Positions 29,376 through 45,269 are shown, counted from the first letter of the stretch. The stretch: DNA of 64,000 nt from Eledone cirrhosa (GCA_964016885.1 OZ024753.1:6572001-6636000); one strand, 5' to 3'. The notes: generated by a model not told the origin, from the sequence alone. Program-made: numbers and translations.

Positions 29376-30271
29376 GGGACACTATTTATTTATTATAATG
29401 CAATGTAATAAAAACCGACTTAATTTTTGTAGCTCTAGACATTTTTACCGGAATCATCCCAAATTGAAGTGTGCATCTTCGGAATATTAATTTTTCTACA
29501 AAATAATGATTACAAAATATAACAAGATAGAAAAAAGAAATGTAAAACAAAATAAACTATAAGAAATAAAAAAATGAGGATATCAATTTTGCTTGGTATT
29601 CCAACTAACATCATTCCATTGTTTAAATACATTCCTACCAATTTCTTCTCCTGCGTACGCACGCACGGCCTGTTTTAGTCTCATATCCTCTAAAGTTTGG
29701 CGCCAAAGCCTTGTTAACTTTAAGCTGTGCTTTACATTGCATCTTTTTCAGTTCAGTGAAGATATGTAAACAGTTTCCGGACTCGAATAAATCAAACTTA
29801 AAAATGGTTTTGATTCACTATTTTATTATCATTTTATCATTAATTTTATCACTATTATTTTTTATTATCATTATTCATATTATTAATAGTATCGTCATTG
29901 TTATTGTTGTTCTTATTTATCATCTCCATCATTATTATTCTAGTCGTTTTATATCATTTGTTTGTCTGTCAGATTGTCATTCTTCTTTCATTTTTTTCCT
30001 TCTTTATAAATTATATATTATGAAAATAAATAAATAATCTTCATAATTTTGTTTTGATTTATAAGCAGCATTATTCATTGGGACATATTATTTGGGAATA
30101 CTTTTAAACATTGCTCAGCTCCTATTTTATTTGCATATCATCTCGGATGGCTCTCCTAATTTTGGAGTACCAAAACTTCCTATAACCATTGATCCTTTTC
30201 TCAAGTTATAGTTGCCAACGTAACTATCTATCTTTCCCTCAAACTCTCTTTATGTATGTATATACATATAC

Positions 30272-30356
<85 letters not shown>

Positions 30357-30361
<5 letters not shown>

Positions 30362-30527
30362 GGCTTATACAGGACTAGAACTGTTTCATGCGGGAGATAT
30401 CATCATTTCTCATGAACGAAACAGTTCTAGTCCTGTAGAAGCCATTTCTATATTAAATATTTATACTCTGCTATTTATTGAGTACCTTACTTACTGTGGT
30501 TACCCCTGATTGAACCCGGGATAACAT

Positions 30528-30530
<3 letters not shown>
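30357..30530 (+). mobile_element. fold-back element family C (HHR-bearing family, 5'-inverted)
   Basis: GAAATGGCTT.TACAGGACTAGAACTGTTTC ... GAAACAGTTCTAGTCCTGTAGAAGCCATTTC. Relatives at about 43109-43225, 46990-47100 and 51998-52140. Confidence 0.75.
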
Positions 30531-30590
<60 letters not shown>

Positions 30591-30679
30591 ACGGCAACAC
30601 TCATCTTTTTCCATTTCTCCGAGGGTTATAAAACCCACTATCAGGCTAGAAATGTCTTTAGTCTAAAATACGGTGAAAG

Positions 30680-30758
<79 letters not shown>

Positions 30759-31173
30759 ATATATGTGTGTATATATGTATGCATTTTTTCTCACGAGTCA
30801 GTTCTTTCGTTGCTACAGACCCCAAGGCTGAATTACCAGTCGCTATCTTCATTTTGCAAAGCCCTTTAAACTGTATGTTATTACTGTGAGGTCTATACCT
30901 TGTCAAGTGCTTGGTTGCACTGCTGAAAACATTCGTCGGCTTAGCTACGGCTCGAGCTTCGAATATACTGTACTTCCATTTGTATATATATATGTATACA
31001 TATAAGGTTTGATCTGTATCGATCTGGTCCGACTCTGGAATCAAATGAAGGCTTAACTAGTCGTCCTTGTATTATTATATTACACTCTGTCTAGCTCTAC
31101 ACATCGCTACTGATGTGAACCTAAATATAGAGTGCTCAGCTTGGTGAACCTACAGTAATTTCGCATTACCACT

Positions 31174-31215
<42 letters not shown>

Positions 31216-31217
<2 letters not shown>

Positions 31218-31415
31218 CAAAGAGGGTGTGGTAAGAAACCAGGTGGACCATAATGCACCAGAGTTCTCAATACCTGGAGTGCGTAGAGTGAATATTATAA
31301 AAGGATTCAGGACCCCGACAGCTGCACTGCGGCCATTTCGACGGCTAGATCCGAACAGCTTGGATCTAGCTGTCGAAACGGCCGGAGCTCAGCCGTCGGG
31401 GTCTTCAATCTTTTC
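31216..31415 (-). mobile_element. fold-back element family A
   Basis: Hairpin GACCCCGAC...GCTAGATCC|GAACAGCTT|GGATCTAGC...GTCGGGGTC within (TA)n. Confidence 0.78.
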
Positions 31416-31740
31416 ATATATATATATATAGCAGATTCACATATGATTTTCGCAAGCTGTCACAAGGCACTCGATGAGAGAGTCATTAAGAAATTACTAA
31501 AAATACAGATATATATATATATATATTAAATTAAATCTCTCCCAAGGTAACTCTCTCTTGTGTTGTTATTTTTATTTTATCCTTTATACTCCTCCCTTCA
31601 TTCTACACATCTCACACATCTTATACACACCACGTATCTCAACGTACACCCACTTACATCTCTCTCTCCACCACCGGATCTTGTTACCCGGAGATTTACC
31701 CATTTGCATTGTCGAGGCTTCCAAACGACTTAAAGATATT

Positions 31741-31796
<56 letters not shown>

Positions 31797-31800
31797 TATA

Positions 31801-32040
31801 AAAGGTAAACAGAAGTAACAACACAATCGGTAGAGTATATGGAAGGGATATATTAGGTTAACGCTTGATATAGTAGTAAGATGGTCTTAACGTTTTGGAG
31901 GCTAGTCCTTCATCAGAAGAAAGAATGAGGAATAAGATAGATTGAGGGGACGGGCGGGATGGAATTTGGAAAAATGTCTTTAGATAAAAATAACAGGTCC
32001 ATTCATGTTGAAATCTCTTGCAAAACTGTTGGTGCCGGCG
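31801..32040 (-). mobile_element. repeat family B
   Basis: Homologous to 25462-25681; lies between (TA)n and (GT)n. Confidence 0.75.
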
Positions 32041-32192
<152 letters not shown>

Positions 32193-32254
32193 TGATTTTA
32201 CAGGGTGTTAGAGACAAATGGCAAACCAGAGACCAAGCCAAAGCAGATACTAGT

Positions 32255-32705
32255 TGATTCCTCAAGAACTGTCACCCCAGTGAAGTAACTAATAATTACA
32301 CACCCAGAGCCATCAGGAGATAGGGCCTCAACACCAGATTAGCTAACTTGAGACCTTCCCTGCAGAGATACCTATCTACAAATAACACCCCACCAAGGAT
32401 ATCAAATGGACCGTAGTCAATTGCCCTACCCACAATACTGATTGTTACCTATGTTGTATACAACTTGGATTGTGACAAGTTTGTCCAATCCTAAATTGCC
32501 AGCACTATTCGACCCTTGCACCTCCGAATTAAAGAGCTTTTCAACACTAATTCTTGTCCCTTCGGACGTATCATCAAATGTGGACACAGGGACAGTAAAA
32601 TAACCATTAACATCTTGGCTACCGAGCATAGTATAGTCACGCGGAGAATCAAGGAAGTCCTCTTGATTAAGCAACTAAAGCACTCCCTCCATAAATAATA
32701 GAATT
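32255..32705 (+). pseudogene. Penelope-like element GIY-YIG endonuclease relic
   Basis: From 32450: YVVYNLDCDKFVQS*IASTIRPLHLRIKELF...INILATEHSIVTRRIKEVLLIKQLKHSLHK*. This matches the PLE pattern VVY-x-x-x-C..C...YIG.T.R.L..RI.EH...R.IKE...I....P.LN and has in-frame stops. Confidence 0.85.
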
Positions 32706-33049
32706 GAAATGAATGTGGCATAGTGGCTAATATAATCTTTCCTATCTAATATGTCATAGGGCCAGCATCCCACATTCTTTCTCCATGCCCTAGGCCCAAA
32801 GCTCAATCAACCTTCCCTCTCGTGTGCAACACTAAACTTCTTGACAACCCTCCCCTTCTCGATCTTTCTTTCTTTTCTCTATATTTTGCTGTTCTTTTTT
32901 ATTTTTGTTTCCTTTTCTTTTTTATTATTGTTTTATTTGTTGTCATTATTATTATTTTTTCATTTATCTTGTTTTATGTTCATATGAGTTATCATCAAGC
33001 CACAGCCAGTGACCCCAAGAGACAACAAGGTCCGCCATGTTCAAGAAAG

Positions 33050-33128
<79 letters not shown>

Positions 33129-33878
33129 ATCTTTCGGTATTTAGACTTGTGATGTATTTATATTGACAGAATCTTCCTTAGTATATGGGCAGTTCCCATT
33201 AGTACTATCTTCTGTATTTCTTCTATACGTGGGTTTCCTGGGATTTGGGATAAGTAGTCATTTGTACAAACATTGGTTATGTATCATTAGAGATTAATGC
33301 AGGGATGAAACAGCATTCTAATCAGATACATTTTAAAATCAATTAGCTATTTTAATTAGATATAATGAAATTATAAGCATCCTTATAAATTATAACCAAT
33401 AGGGGTATAAAAATAATTTGTTGTAACAAAAAATTCTTTATAACAAGATCGACCAAACACATCGACCGAGTGGCTGGAGATTGAAAATCATTTCATTATA
33501 CTGAAAAATTCGTTATAATGGAATTAATTATAACAGAATTTTACCTATATTAAAATGACATACTGCTATTAACATAGCATTATCTGCCTGCTGTTAATCA
33601 GACAATCCCTCGGTTTAGCAGGCATGTTTAACTGAGGGTCCCATGAGGGCCACATGTGTTACATATGTGTTGTTTGAGGGCCACACACAACTAATTGCAC
33701 ACATTACAACTATTCCTTTTTGTTATTTAGTCCTCCATTCAGCAAAACCTAATTTCATGACTAAGCTAGGATGTTTCACACCGTCTATTTTTCTGCTGTT
33801 CCTGTCTATGGCAAATTACTGTCCTCCTTAACGGCGTATACTGTGTAACTATGTGTAACCCATGCTGGATTTTTTAAA

Positions 33879-34095
33879 CCCTTAACATTTACATTACTCT
33901 ATATTTACTATTGTATTTTCATGGTAAAGGCTTTGCCTCACTGAATTACCTCGCATAATATCAAATCTATGAGATTTTGATATTTATTTTGAGAACACTA
34001 CCTTAATGTCGGTATGAGGGGCCAGTTATGGCCAGTTTAACAGAAAAAGGGTGAGAGAATTCTGGCCGGATACGGCTAGTTTAAATGCTAATAGG
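33879..34095 (-). mobile_element. piggyBac-like MITE
   Basis: Reverse-complement homologue of 1079-1299 with TTAA/TAAA flanks. Confidence 0.75.
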
Positions 34096-34739
34096 TTAAT
34101 GGTTCTAATAACAGTAAGGATATAGCTAAAAAAATGAAATTATTAAAAAAGAAGTCAGCAGTTTTCATGAGTAGTAAATAAATGTTCCTGTAGGAGTGGC
34201 CGAAGGAGAAATTGTGTTCCAGTGGTCTGCTACAGAAATCAATAAAATAGCTGGGGTGGGAAAAAATCACTTGATGAACGAATCCTATCACGAAAAGTCA
34301 AAAGTTTGATTCAATTGTCTAATAAAAGACATAATGTCTAAGAAGACAATAATAAAAAGGACATTTTGTCTAGGTTTGGATAATCTTGCTTAAGTTAATG
34401 CAGCATATATTTAATCAATAATCATTAAGGGAATTATTAGTTTCATTCTATCCCTTCTGTCAGTCATTCTGTTGTAAATAGCTGTCCGGGTTTTATTTCG
34501 TTTCGTTTCGTTTTTTTCTATTTTTGCAAAATCAGATGTTACAACAAATAAGAACATATTTAACCGTTAAGATATCTTTAGAATTATTGAATAAAAATAA
34601 CAAACAAGGAATAAAAATAAACGAATGAAATGTTTAAGGCAGAATTATGCATCCATAAAAAAAATCTCATGTTGATTTCGTATTTTATCTATCCAAATCT
34701 ATTTGACATAGGCCAGGTTTCATCCAAACTAATGATGGC

Positions 34740-34997
34740 CTTTATATATATATATATACATATATATATATACATACATATATATATACATACATATATA
34801 TATACACGCACACACACATATATATACACGCACACACACGTATATATATACCCAAGCACACACATATTCACGAACACACACACATATATATACACAACCA
34901 CACACACACACACATATATATGTACACACAAACACATACACATATATACACACAAACACACATTCATAACTATATACACAAACACACACACACACAC

Positions 34998-35032
<35 letters not shown>

Positions 35033-35245
35033 TAAACACACACACACACACTAACACACACACACACTAACACACGTATATATACACACAAAAACACACA
35101 CATACATATATATATATATACACACAGACATATATATATACACAACCACACACACACACATATACACACAAACACATACACATATATACACACAAACACA
35201 TACACATATATACACACAAACACACATTCATAACTATATACACAA

Positions 35246-35284
<39 letters not shown>

Positions 35285-35417
35285 CTAAACACACACACAC
35301 ATACTAACACACACACACTAACACACACACACGCACCTATATATATATATATATACATATATATATAGGTGCGTGTGTGCGCTAGTGTGTGTGTGTTAGT
35401 ATGTGTGTGTGTGTTTA

Positions 35418-35489
<72 letters not shown>

Positions 35490-35556
35490 TTGTGTATATA
35501 GTTATGAATGTGTGTTTGTGTGTATATATGTGTATGTGTTTGTGTGTATATATATA

Positions 35557-35632
<76 letters not shown>

Positions 35633-36094
35633 CACATATATATATATATACACACACATATATTTGTAGTACGCTATATATATATATAACGTGCTGCAAA
35701 TATCTAACATTGCAACTGTCAAGTCAGCATTGCTTCACAACACCCTCTGGTGTTTGTTTGGTTAACATCTACGTCGGGTAATGGGATGGTGGGTTATTTA
35801 ATTCTAAATCTTTTTTGTTTTCCTCTGCGCAACCAATCATATTTGTGCCCATGTTAAACAACTAAAAATCTAGGAGAAACATTAACATTTTCAAAACATT
35901 AAAGGGATTTATTTCCTCATAAATTATATCGCATGCTAAAATGAATTAGTTTTGGAGATTCGTTTTAGATTTTGCGATTTTATTATGCACACAAACGTAC
36001 TCATTTCACGTACACACGTACAATTACTAGCACACCCACACTCACATATATCTAAACATATATATATATAACTATACATTTCTAACAATTTGTA

Positions 36095-36132
<38 letters not shown>

Positions 36133-36139
36133 CATATAT

Positions 36140-36206
<67 letters not shown>

Positions 36207-36273
36207 CATATATACACACATATATATATACATATATACACACATATATATATATATATATATACATAGATAC

Positions 36274-36304
<31 letters not shown>

Positions 36305-36529
36305 TATATACATATATACATATATATATACACATATATACATATATATATATATACATATATACATATATATATACATATATACATATATATATATCTA
36401 CATATATACATATCTATATATATATATGTATATATATATAGATATCTAAACACACAGATATATATATATATATCTAAGCATATATACATATCTAAACAGA
36501 CAGATATATATACACACACACACATATAT

Positions 36530-36610
<81 letters not shown>

Positions 36611-36627
36611 TACACACACACACGCAC

Positions 36628-36707
<80 letters not shown>

Positions 36708-37077
36708 ACGTGTTTATTTTAAGAACCCTCAATAACAAAAGGGGAAACATAACAAACTTCTATCACATAACGTATATTACGTTTGGAAATGTATAGCCTA
36801 AGTAATAAAAGGAAGGCAATTGAGTTTGTATGTAAATAATCCTGTTTATGTCACTCATCCGACATGCTTTGATGTATTGAGCTATTTGCTCGTTATAAAA
36901 AGGTGGTAAAATAATGATGATGATGGTGGTGATGGTGATGGTGATGATGATGGTTATGATGATGATCGTAGTGATGGAGATAATGATGGTGATGAGGATT
37001 ATGTTGATGATGATCATTATGAGCAGGATAATGATGGCGAGTATGATGATGTAGTATTGCTGTGAGCAATGATGCTG

Positions 37078-37123
<46 letters not shown>

Positions 37124-37130
37124 GATATAT

Positions 37131-37163
<33 letters not shown>

Positions 37164-37414
37164 CAGATATATACACATATATATATATACATATATATAT
37201 ACACACATATATATATACAGATATATACACACATATATATATATATACATATATATATACACACATATATATATACATACATATAAATATATACATATAT
37301 ATACATATAAATATATACATATATATACACATACATATACATACATACATATACATACATACACAGACATACATACACATACATATACATACATATATAT
37401 ATATATATACATAT

Positions 37415-37457
<43 letters not shown>

Positions 37458-37694
37458 CATATATTTATCCATACATACATATATATATCCATACATACAC
37501 ATATATATATATACATACATATATATATACATACATATACACATACATACATATGTATATACATATATATATACATACATATAAATATATACATACATAT
37601 AAACATACATACATATGTATATACATATATATATATATACATACATATAAATATATACATACATATAAATATATACATACTTATAAATATATAC

Positions 37695-37743
<49 letters not shown>

Positions 37744-37910
37744 TACATATGTGTATACCTACATATATATATATACATACATATAAATATATACATGTAT
37801 GTATGTGTGTATATATATATATATATACACACATATATATGTATATACGTACATATATATATGACACACATACATATCTCTATACCTACACACACACACA
37901 CACATATATA

Positions 37911-37968
<58 letters not shown>

Positions 37969-37996
37969 TACATATGTATATACCTACATTATATTC

Positions 37997-38029
<33 letters not shown>

Positions 38030-38035
38030 TATAAT
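34740..38035. repeat. compound TA/CA microsatellite field with short unique or (GAT)n islands
   Basis: Direct reading. Confidence 0.9.
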
Positions 38036-38469
38036 GACATTGCTACTGATGGCAATGATAAAGATGGTTGTTATAATGGCGGGGGATAAAATTCTGAAAA
38101 CAACACCAACAACAACTGAAACAATATCATCAACCCCGATGTCATACACGAGTGTTACATCATGGAAAGAAGAAAAAAAAATTCGATAAACGAACCATTT
38201 CTAAATTTCAGAAAATGCTTTGGTTAGTAACTATTTCTACAATTCTAACTTCCCTTTTTTATTTTTTATACATTTACCTATAATCCTATGAAAGACAATT
38301 TCTAGCAACGTTTTTACTGTTCTTTACAGCCAAACATCTATTTGTTATCAATTTCAATGAAAATTCACATGCAATATATATAGTTAAAGTTTAAAGTAAG
38401 TTTTTCACGCATTATGAACATTGCTGTACAGAGATAATAATTTCATCCGAATTTGTATAAGCGTTCGAG

Positions 38470-39230
38470 TATACATATACATAAACACACACACCCATAT
38501 ATATATTAACACATATATATATATATATTAACACATATATAAATAAATATACATATATATATATATTAACACATATATAAATAAATATACATATATATAT
38601 ATATATATATTAACACATATATAAATAAATATACATATATATATATAGGTAAGATTTTTTATTTTTTTAATTTTTTTTTATTTTTTATAAATAAATATAC
38701 ATATAAAAATACATATATATATACATATACATATACATATATATATATATAAATATATATATGTATATATATAAATATACATATATATATATAAATATAC
38801 ATATATAAATATACATATATATATAAATATAGATATATATATATAAATATACATATATATATATAAATATAGATATATATATATAAATATACATATATAT
38901 ATATAAATATACATATATATATATAAATATACATATATATATATATATATATAAATATACATATATATATATATATAAATATACATATAAATATATATAT
39001 ATATATATAAATAAACATATATATATATATATATATATAAATATATATAAATATACATATATATATATAAATAAACATATATATATATATATATATATAT
39101 AAATATATATAAATATACATATATATATATATATATATATAAATATAAATATATATCTATAAATATACATATATATATATAAATATACATATATATATAT
39201 ATATAAATATACATATATCTATAAATATAC

Positions 39231-39265
<35 letters not shown>

Positions 39266-39619
39266 AATATACATATATCTATAAATATACATATATATAA
39301 ATATACATATATCTATAAATATACATATATATATATATAAATATACATATATATATATATAAATATACATATATATATATATATATAAATATACATATAT
39401 AAATATACATATGAATATATATAAATATACATATATATATATATAAATATAATATATATATATATAAATATATATATATATAAATATATATATATATAAA
39501 TATACATATATATATAAATATACATATATATATATATATAAATATACATATATATATAAATATACATATATATATAAATATACATATATAAATATACTTA
39601 TATATATATATAAATATGC

Positions 39620-39654
<35 letters not shown>

Positions 39655-39699
39655 TACATATAAATATACATATATATATATATATAAATATACATATAA

Positions 39700-39738
<39 letters not shown>

Positions 39739-39937
39739 TAGATATAAATATACATATATATATATAAATAAATATACATATATATATATATTATATATAT
39801 ATAAATAAATATAGATATAAATATACATATATATATATAAATAAATATACATATATATATATATTATATATATATAAATATACATATATATATAAATATA
39901 CATATATAAATATACTTATATATAAATATAAATATAC

Positions 39938-39968
<31 letters not shown>

Positions 39969-41117
39969 TACATATAAATATGCATATATATATATATAAA
40001 TATACATATATATATAAATAAATATACATATAAATATACATATATATATATATATAAATAAATATACATATAAATATACATATATATATATATAAATAAA
40101 TATACATATATATATATATATTATATATATATAAATATACATATATATATATTATATATATATTTAATACACATATATATATATGTAAATATACACACGT
40201 AATATATATATAAATATACACATATATATACATAAATATACATATATATATACATAAATATACATATATATATATACATAAATATACATATATATATAGA
40301 CATAAATATATATATATATAAATATATATATATATACATAAATATACATATATATAAATATACATATATATAAATATACATATATATAAATATACATATA
40401 TATATATACATAAATATACATATATATAAATATACATATATATATACATAAATATACATACATATATATACATAAATATACATATATATATATATAAATA
40501 AATAAATATACATATATATATATATATATATATACATAAATATACATATATATATATACATATATCCAATATATTAATAAATGGACACTATATTTATAAA
40601 ACCATATTTATTTTATTATATATATATCAAGGGCAACCAAGGCAAATTATGGTGCGCTTTCATCAGATAAAATACAGATTTCTTTTATAAATAAATATAT
40701 ATTGACATACCCTGAAAAAAATCCAACCTTAACAGTTGGAGCTTTCTGAATCCCAACAACATCAATATAACCTCTGTACATATACTTATATATATATATA
40801 TATGAATATACATATATATATACATATAAATATACATATATATCTATAAATATATATATATATAAATATACATATATATATATATAAATATACATATATA
40901 TATATATATAAATATACATATATATAAATATACATATATATATATAAATATACATATAAATATATATAAATATACATATAAATATACATATATATATATA
41001 TAAATATACATATAAATATATATAAATATACATATATATATATAAATATACATATAAATATATATAAATATACATATAAATATATATAAATATACATATA
41101 TATATATAAATATACAT

Positions 41118-41150
<33 letters not shown>

Positions 41151-41159
41151 AATATACAT

Positions 41160-41192
<33 letters not shown>

Positions 41193-41560
41193 AATATACA
41201 TATATATATATATAAATATAATATAATATATATATATATATAAATATAATATATATATATATAAATATAATATATATATATATAAATATATATATATATA
41301 AATATACATATATATATATATAAAAATATGCATATATATATAAATATACATTATATATATAAATATACATATATATATAAATATACATATATAAATATAC
41401 TTATATATACATATAAATATACATATATATACATATAAATATACATATATATATATATACATATAAATATACATATATATATATACATATAAATATACGT
41501 ATGAATATACATATATGATATATATATATTTCATATATTATATATATATGTCATATATGT
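38470..41560. repeat. (TA)n satellite with TAAATATACA unit
   Basis: Direct reading; a unique island lies at about 40570-40780. Confidence 0.95.
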
Positions 41561-42012
41561 ATGTGAACGCGTTTGTGTAATATGATTTTACGGATCGATA
41601 AGATGTAATGTTTTAGAGCATTACACATTGTCATCAGTTTATGTGTGTGCGTGCGTGCGTGTGCGTATGTGTGTGTGAGTGCGCGCATATATTTGTTTGT
41701 ATTATTTTCTTCAATCCATTTATGTTCCCCTCAGTAGTCTGTGTTCATGCCGACATCCTACCTTGATTTATTCGATTATATCGATCACACTCTTCGTATA
41801 TACAAGTCTACCACTTATTTTGTGGACATCTTTTTATCTAACCACTGCGTTACAGCAATGAACCGAAGTGATCAACAGATGTACACACACAGATGCACGC
41901 ACACATATGTATATACATATATAGATATATACACACACACTCACACACACATATATATATATATATATACACATACCTGGGTGAACCTATATAACTTCGC
42001 GTTACACTCCTT

Positions 42013-42050
<38 letters not shown>

Positions 42051-42053
<3 letters not shown>

Positions 42054-42244
42054 AACGAGTAGGACCCCGACGGCTGAGCTCAAGCCGTTTCGACGGCTAA
42101 TTCTGGACTCAGAGTTAGCCGTCGAAACGGCTTGAGCTCAGCCGTCGGGGTCCTACTCGTTCCTATTACCCACTCTACTACCCTAAGTATTGAGTACTTT
42201 GGTGCGTTATGGTCCACCTGGTTCCTTACCACATTTCCTTCGTT
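42051..42244 (+). mobile_element. fold-back element family A
   Basis: About 55-bp arms around GACT (42106-42109), then the family 3' tail into (TA)n. Confidence 0.82.
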
Positions 42245-42697
42245 ATATATATATATATGAAAAATGGCGAGCTGCGTTGTTGCATATAGGATATATATAA
42301 AAATGAAGAATTAGAAATAGAAGCCAGGACGATCCGTCATCAGTGGTCTACTAGCCATCATAGGTATTTCTTCGCATTACAGCCCATATACCTCAGTCTA
42401 GGGCGATACAACAACCAAAATAAGTTTTGGGGATAAAAAGAATTGGGTGGAGAAAGAGAGACAGGTAAACAAACACGAATGGTGAGGCAACGTAAAGAGA
42501 GGGAATAACGAGAAAATCAAGTTAATAATTCATTTTAAACATAAGAACTTGCGAATATTGACGAGAAGAAGAAAGACACATCTTGGCCGTGCGAATTTGG
42601 GACGATGGAGGAAAGGAGACAGAGGGTGAGTAGCAGAGAGTGAGTGAGTGAGTGAAAGTGTGAGGAAGAGGCTAGCAGAGAGAGGGTATATATATAT

Positions 42698-42878
42698 AGG
42701 AAAATGCTTAACTCCGACGGCAGAGCTCAAGCTGTTTCGACGGCTATTTCTAGACTAGAAGCGGCTCGAGCTCTGCCGTCGGGGTTAAACATTTTCCTAT
42801 TACCCACTCTACTACCCTAAGTATTTAGTACTCTGGTGCGTTATGGTCCATCTGGTTCCTTACCACACTTCCTTTGTT
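42698..42878 (+). mobile_element. fold-back element family A (older copy)
   Basis: Same architecture with more mismatches. Confidence 0.75.
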
Positions 42879-42932
42879 ATATATATATATATATATGGTA
42901 GAGTCCATAACACCAATCAAACCCCTTTTATA

Positions 42933-42977
42933 GCTCTGACGAATCCTACGGTTACGTAAGGAAGAAACATTGTAAGC
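42933..42977 (+). ncRNA. minimal type I hammerhead ribozyme
   Basis: GCT-CTGACGA-aTCCTACG gtta CGTaAGGAa-GAAA-CATTG-TA-AGC, followed at once by AATAAA; lies in a 125-bp island between (TA)n runs. Confidence 0.72.
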
Positions 42978-43018
42978 CAATAAAAATCTTTTGATGTTGT
43001 AGACGCTCTTGTGTTCTT

Positions 43019-43058
<40 letters not shown>

Positions 43059-44077
43059 CCATGTGTGCGTCTGTGGGGATGCATATATATATGCTCTTGT
43101 GTCTGAGTCCCGGCTTCAATTGGGGGTAATCACAGTATGTAAGGTACTCAATACGTAGAGTATATAGATAATTTATTTCAAATGAAACAGATCTAGTCCT
43201 GTAGAAGCCATTTGTATATTAATTCTTATATACATACATTTATATATATATATATATACATACACACATATACAGATACATGTATACATAAACACATATA
43301 TACATATACACCTACACATATATACCTATATACATACATGTATGTATGTGTGTCTATATTATTGTACATGTAATCGGATGAACAAATTCGTTTGCTTTTA
43401 CTATAATACATCAATGAATTGCCGGTGCATATAACTGTGTGTACGTTTAAACGGATTTCCTCCGTGGCGGTGTCAGTGTGCAATACAACACAACGAAATA
43501 AAATGTTTTAGTTTGTCTACAATTAAATAGTTCATGTTTCTACAAAGGCATCTCTGTGTGTCCCTAATGTGTGTAATAGTTAGAATTTCCCAATATTGAG
43601 GATTTAGACTAACATTCACATTACATTTGGGAATAAATAATCTTATCATGTCTCAGCGTCCTAGCATATAGTGTTCATGAAAGAAATTATCTCTGTATAT
43701 TTTGCTAAGGTTGCTGAGTACTATTAAATGATTTTGTTTTTATTCATGTGTCCAGAAGCTTTTGCATAAGTTTCGATTGAATAATCAGATATGAGATATA
43801 AAATGACATTAGTGAAGTTGTAAAACATTTGGCAACTATGTAATGTAAAATGAACGTCATATCAATAAGCGATCATCATATTATATAAGTGTAAGCTTGC
43901 AAGATACACATTTCAAATGTTCAGTGACTTATTCATGAAAACTGCGTGATTCGGATGGTGGAATAGGAAATTCAACACCTCTTTGTATATTTTCAAATAA
44001 ATTATGATCTAACAAAACATTGATTAAAGCAAGCAAATATGTTTTGAAACAGCGATCGAAGCGAGAAATATAAATAG

Positions 44078-44220
44078 AAGCTTTCGCCATATTTTTTTTT
44101 ACAAAAGATATTTTAGCCTAATAGTGGGGTTTAAAACCCTCTAAGAAAGGGAAAAAAAGCCATTAATACTCATCTATCAGGCTAAAATGTTTTTAGTAAA
44201 AAAAAATACGAAGAAAGCTT
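44078..44220. repeat. imperfect fold-back repeat, family D
   Basis: AAGCTTTC...TTTTAGCCT.ATAG / CTATCAGGCTAAAA...GAAAGCTT; a single arm also lies at about 30595-30682. Confidence 0.6.
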
Positions 44221-44469
44221 TTATTTAATTAAAGCATTCAGATAATGGTTTTTGCTACCAATTCTTTTGCCATATACGAAGGTAGGCTGAAGGCGGACTA
44301 TAAATGGTTGATGCTAGAGCTGTGAAGTCTTACATGCATGAAATTTGAATGTGAAACTGCATTATTTCCTCCCAATGATAATGTTGAAAAATAAACCTCA
44401 TTTGGTTATTCCAAGAGAGTATCTTGGTCAGAAATGTTTAGCCAAGCCTTGTGTGTGTGTATGTATGTA

Positions 44470-44680
44470 AAAAGTAAAGAAACAACACAATCGGTACAGT
44501 ATATGGAAGGAATATATTAGTTAACGCTTGAAATAACAGGAAGAGGGTCTTAACGTTCAGGACGCTAGTCGTTCGTCAGCAGAAAGAATGAGAAATTAGA
44601 TAGATTGAAGGGACGGGCGGGTTGGAATTGGTAAAAATGTCTTTAGAGAAAAATAACAGGTCCATTCATGTTGACATCTT
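44470..44680 (-). mobile_element. repeat family B
   Basis: Homologous to 25462-25681. Confidence 0.75.
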
Positions 44681-44689
44681 TTATATAAC

Positions 44690-45110
44690 TGTTAATTATC
44701 ACAGAAGTAAACCTATGATGTAAACCAAGTCAATTAATTGAAAAACAAATATTTATCAGAGATATCGACCAGTGTTGGAGAAAGAACATGTCATCAATAT
44801 GATTTCTAAAATATCTGAAACCTGAATTCGGTGATCTATCGAACTGCATGAAATAAACGCTTGGAATCTCCCTGGAATTACCTGATATATTGGACAATGT
44901 AATACCTGATGTATCAATATATTCATGTTTGGTTTTACATGGAATCGCTTTGATCATTCACATGATTTATGAATGCTGACACAGGTCAAGATATAAAAAA
45001 CAACAAACAACACAACAACTACACATATGTTCCAAGCAATGCTTTTTCTAATAATAAGATCAACGACCTTTGTATAATGTCATTCATGATAAAATCGGTT
45101 AACAAACACT
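44690..45110 (-). pseudogene. decayed Penelope-like reverse transcriptase fragment
   Basis: YIDTSGITLSN...VYFMQFD...FRYFRNHIDDMFFLQHWS...IN*LGLHHRFT resembles RT motifs B (Y.Q..G..MG) and C (RYIDD.F.I...N..HP.IKFT). Confidence 0.5.
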
Positions 45111-45129
45111 CTTTCGATAAATCTACAGT

Positions 45130-45269
45130 TATCTATTTATATATATATATATATTTATATATAAATATATATATTTATATATATTTATATAAATATATAT
45201 ATATATATATATTTATATAAATATATATATATATATATATTTATATAAATATATATATATATATATATT

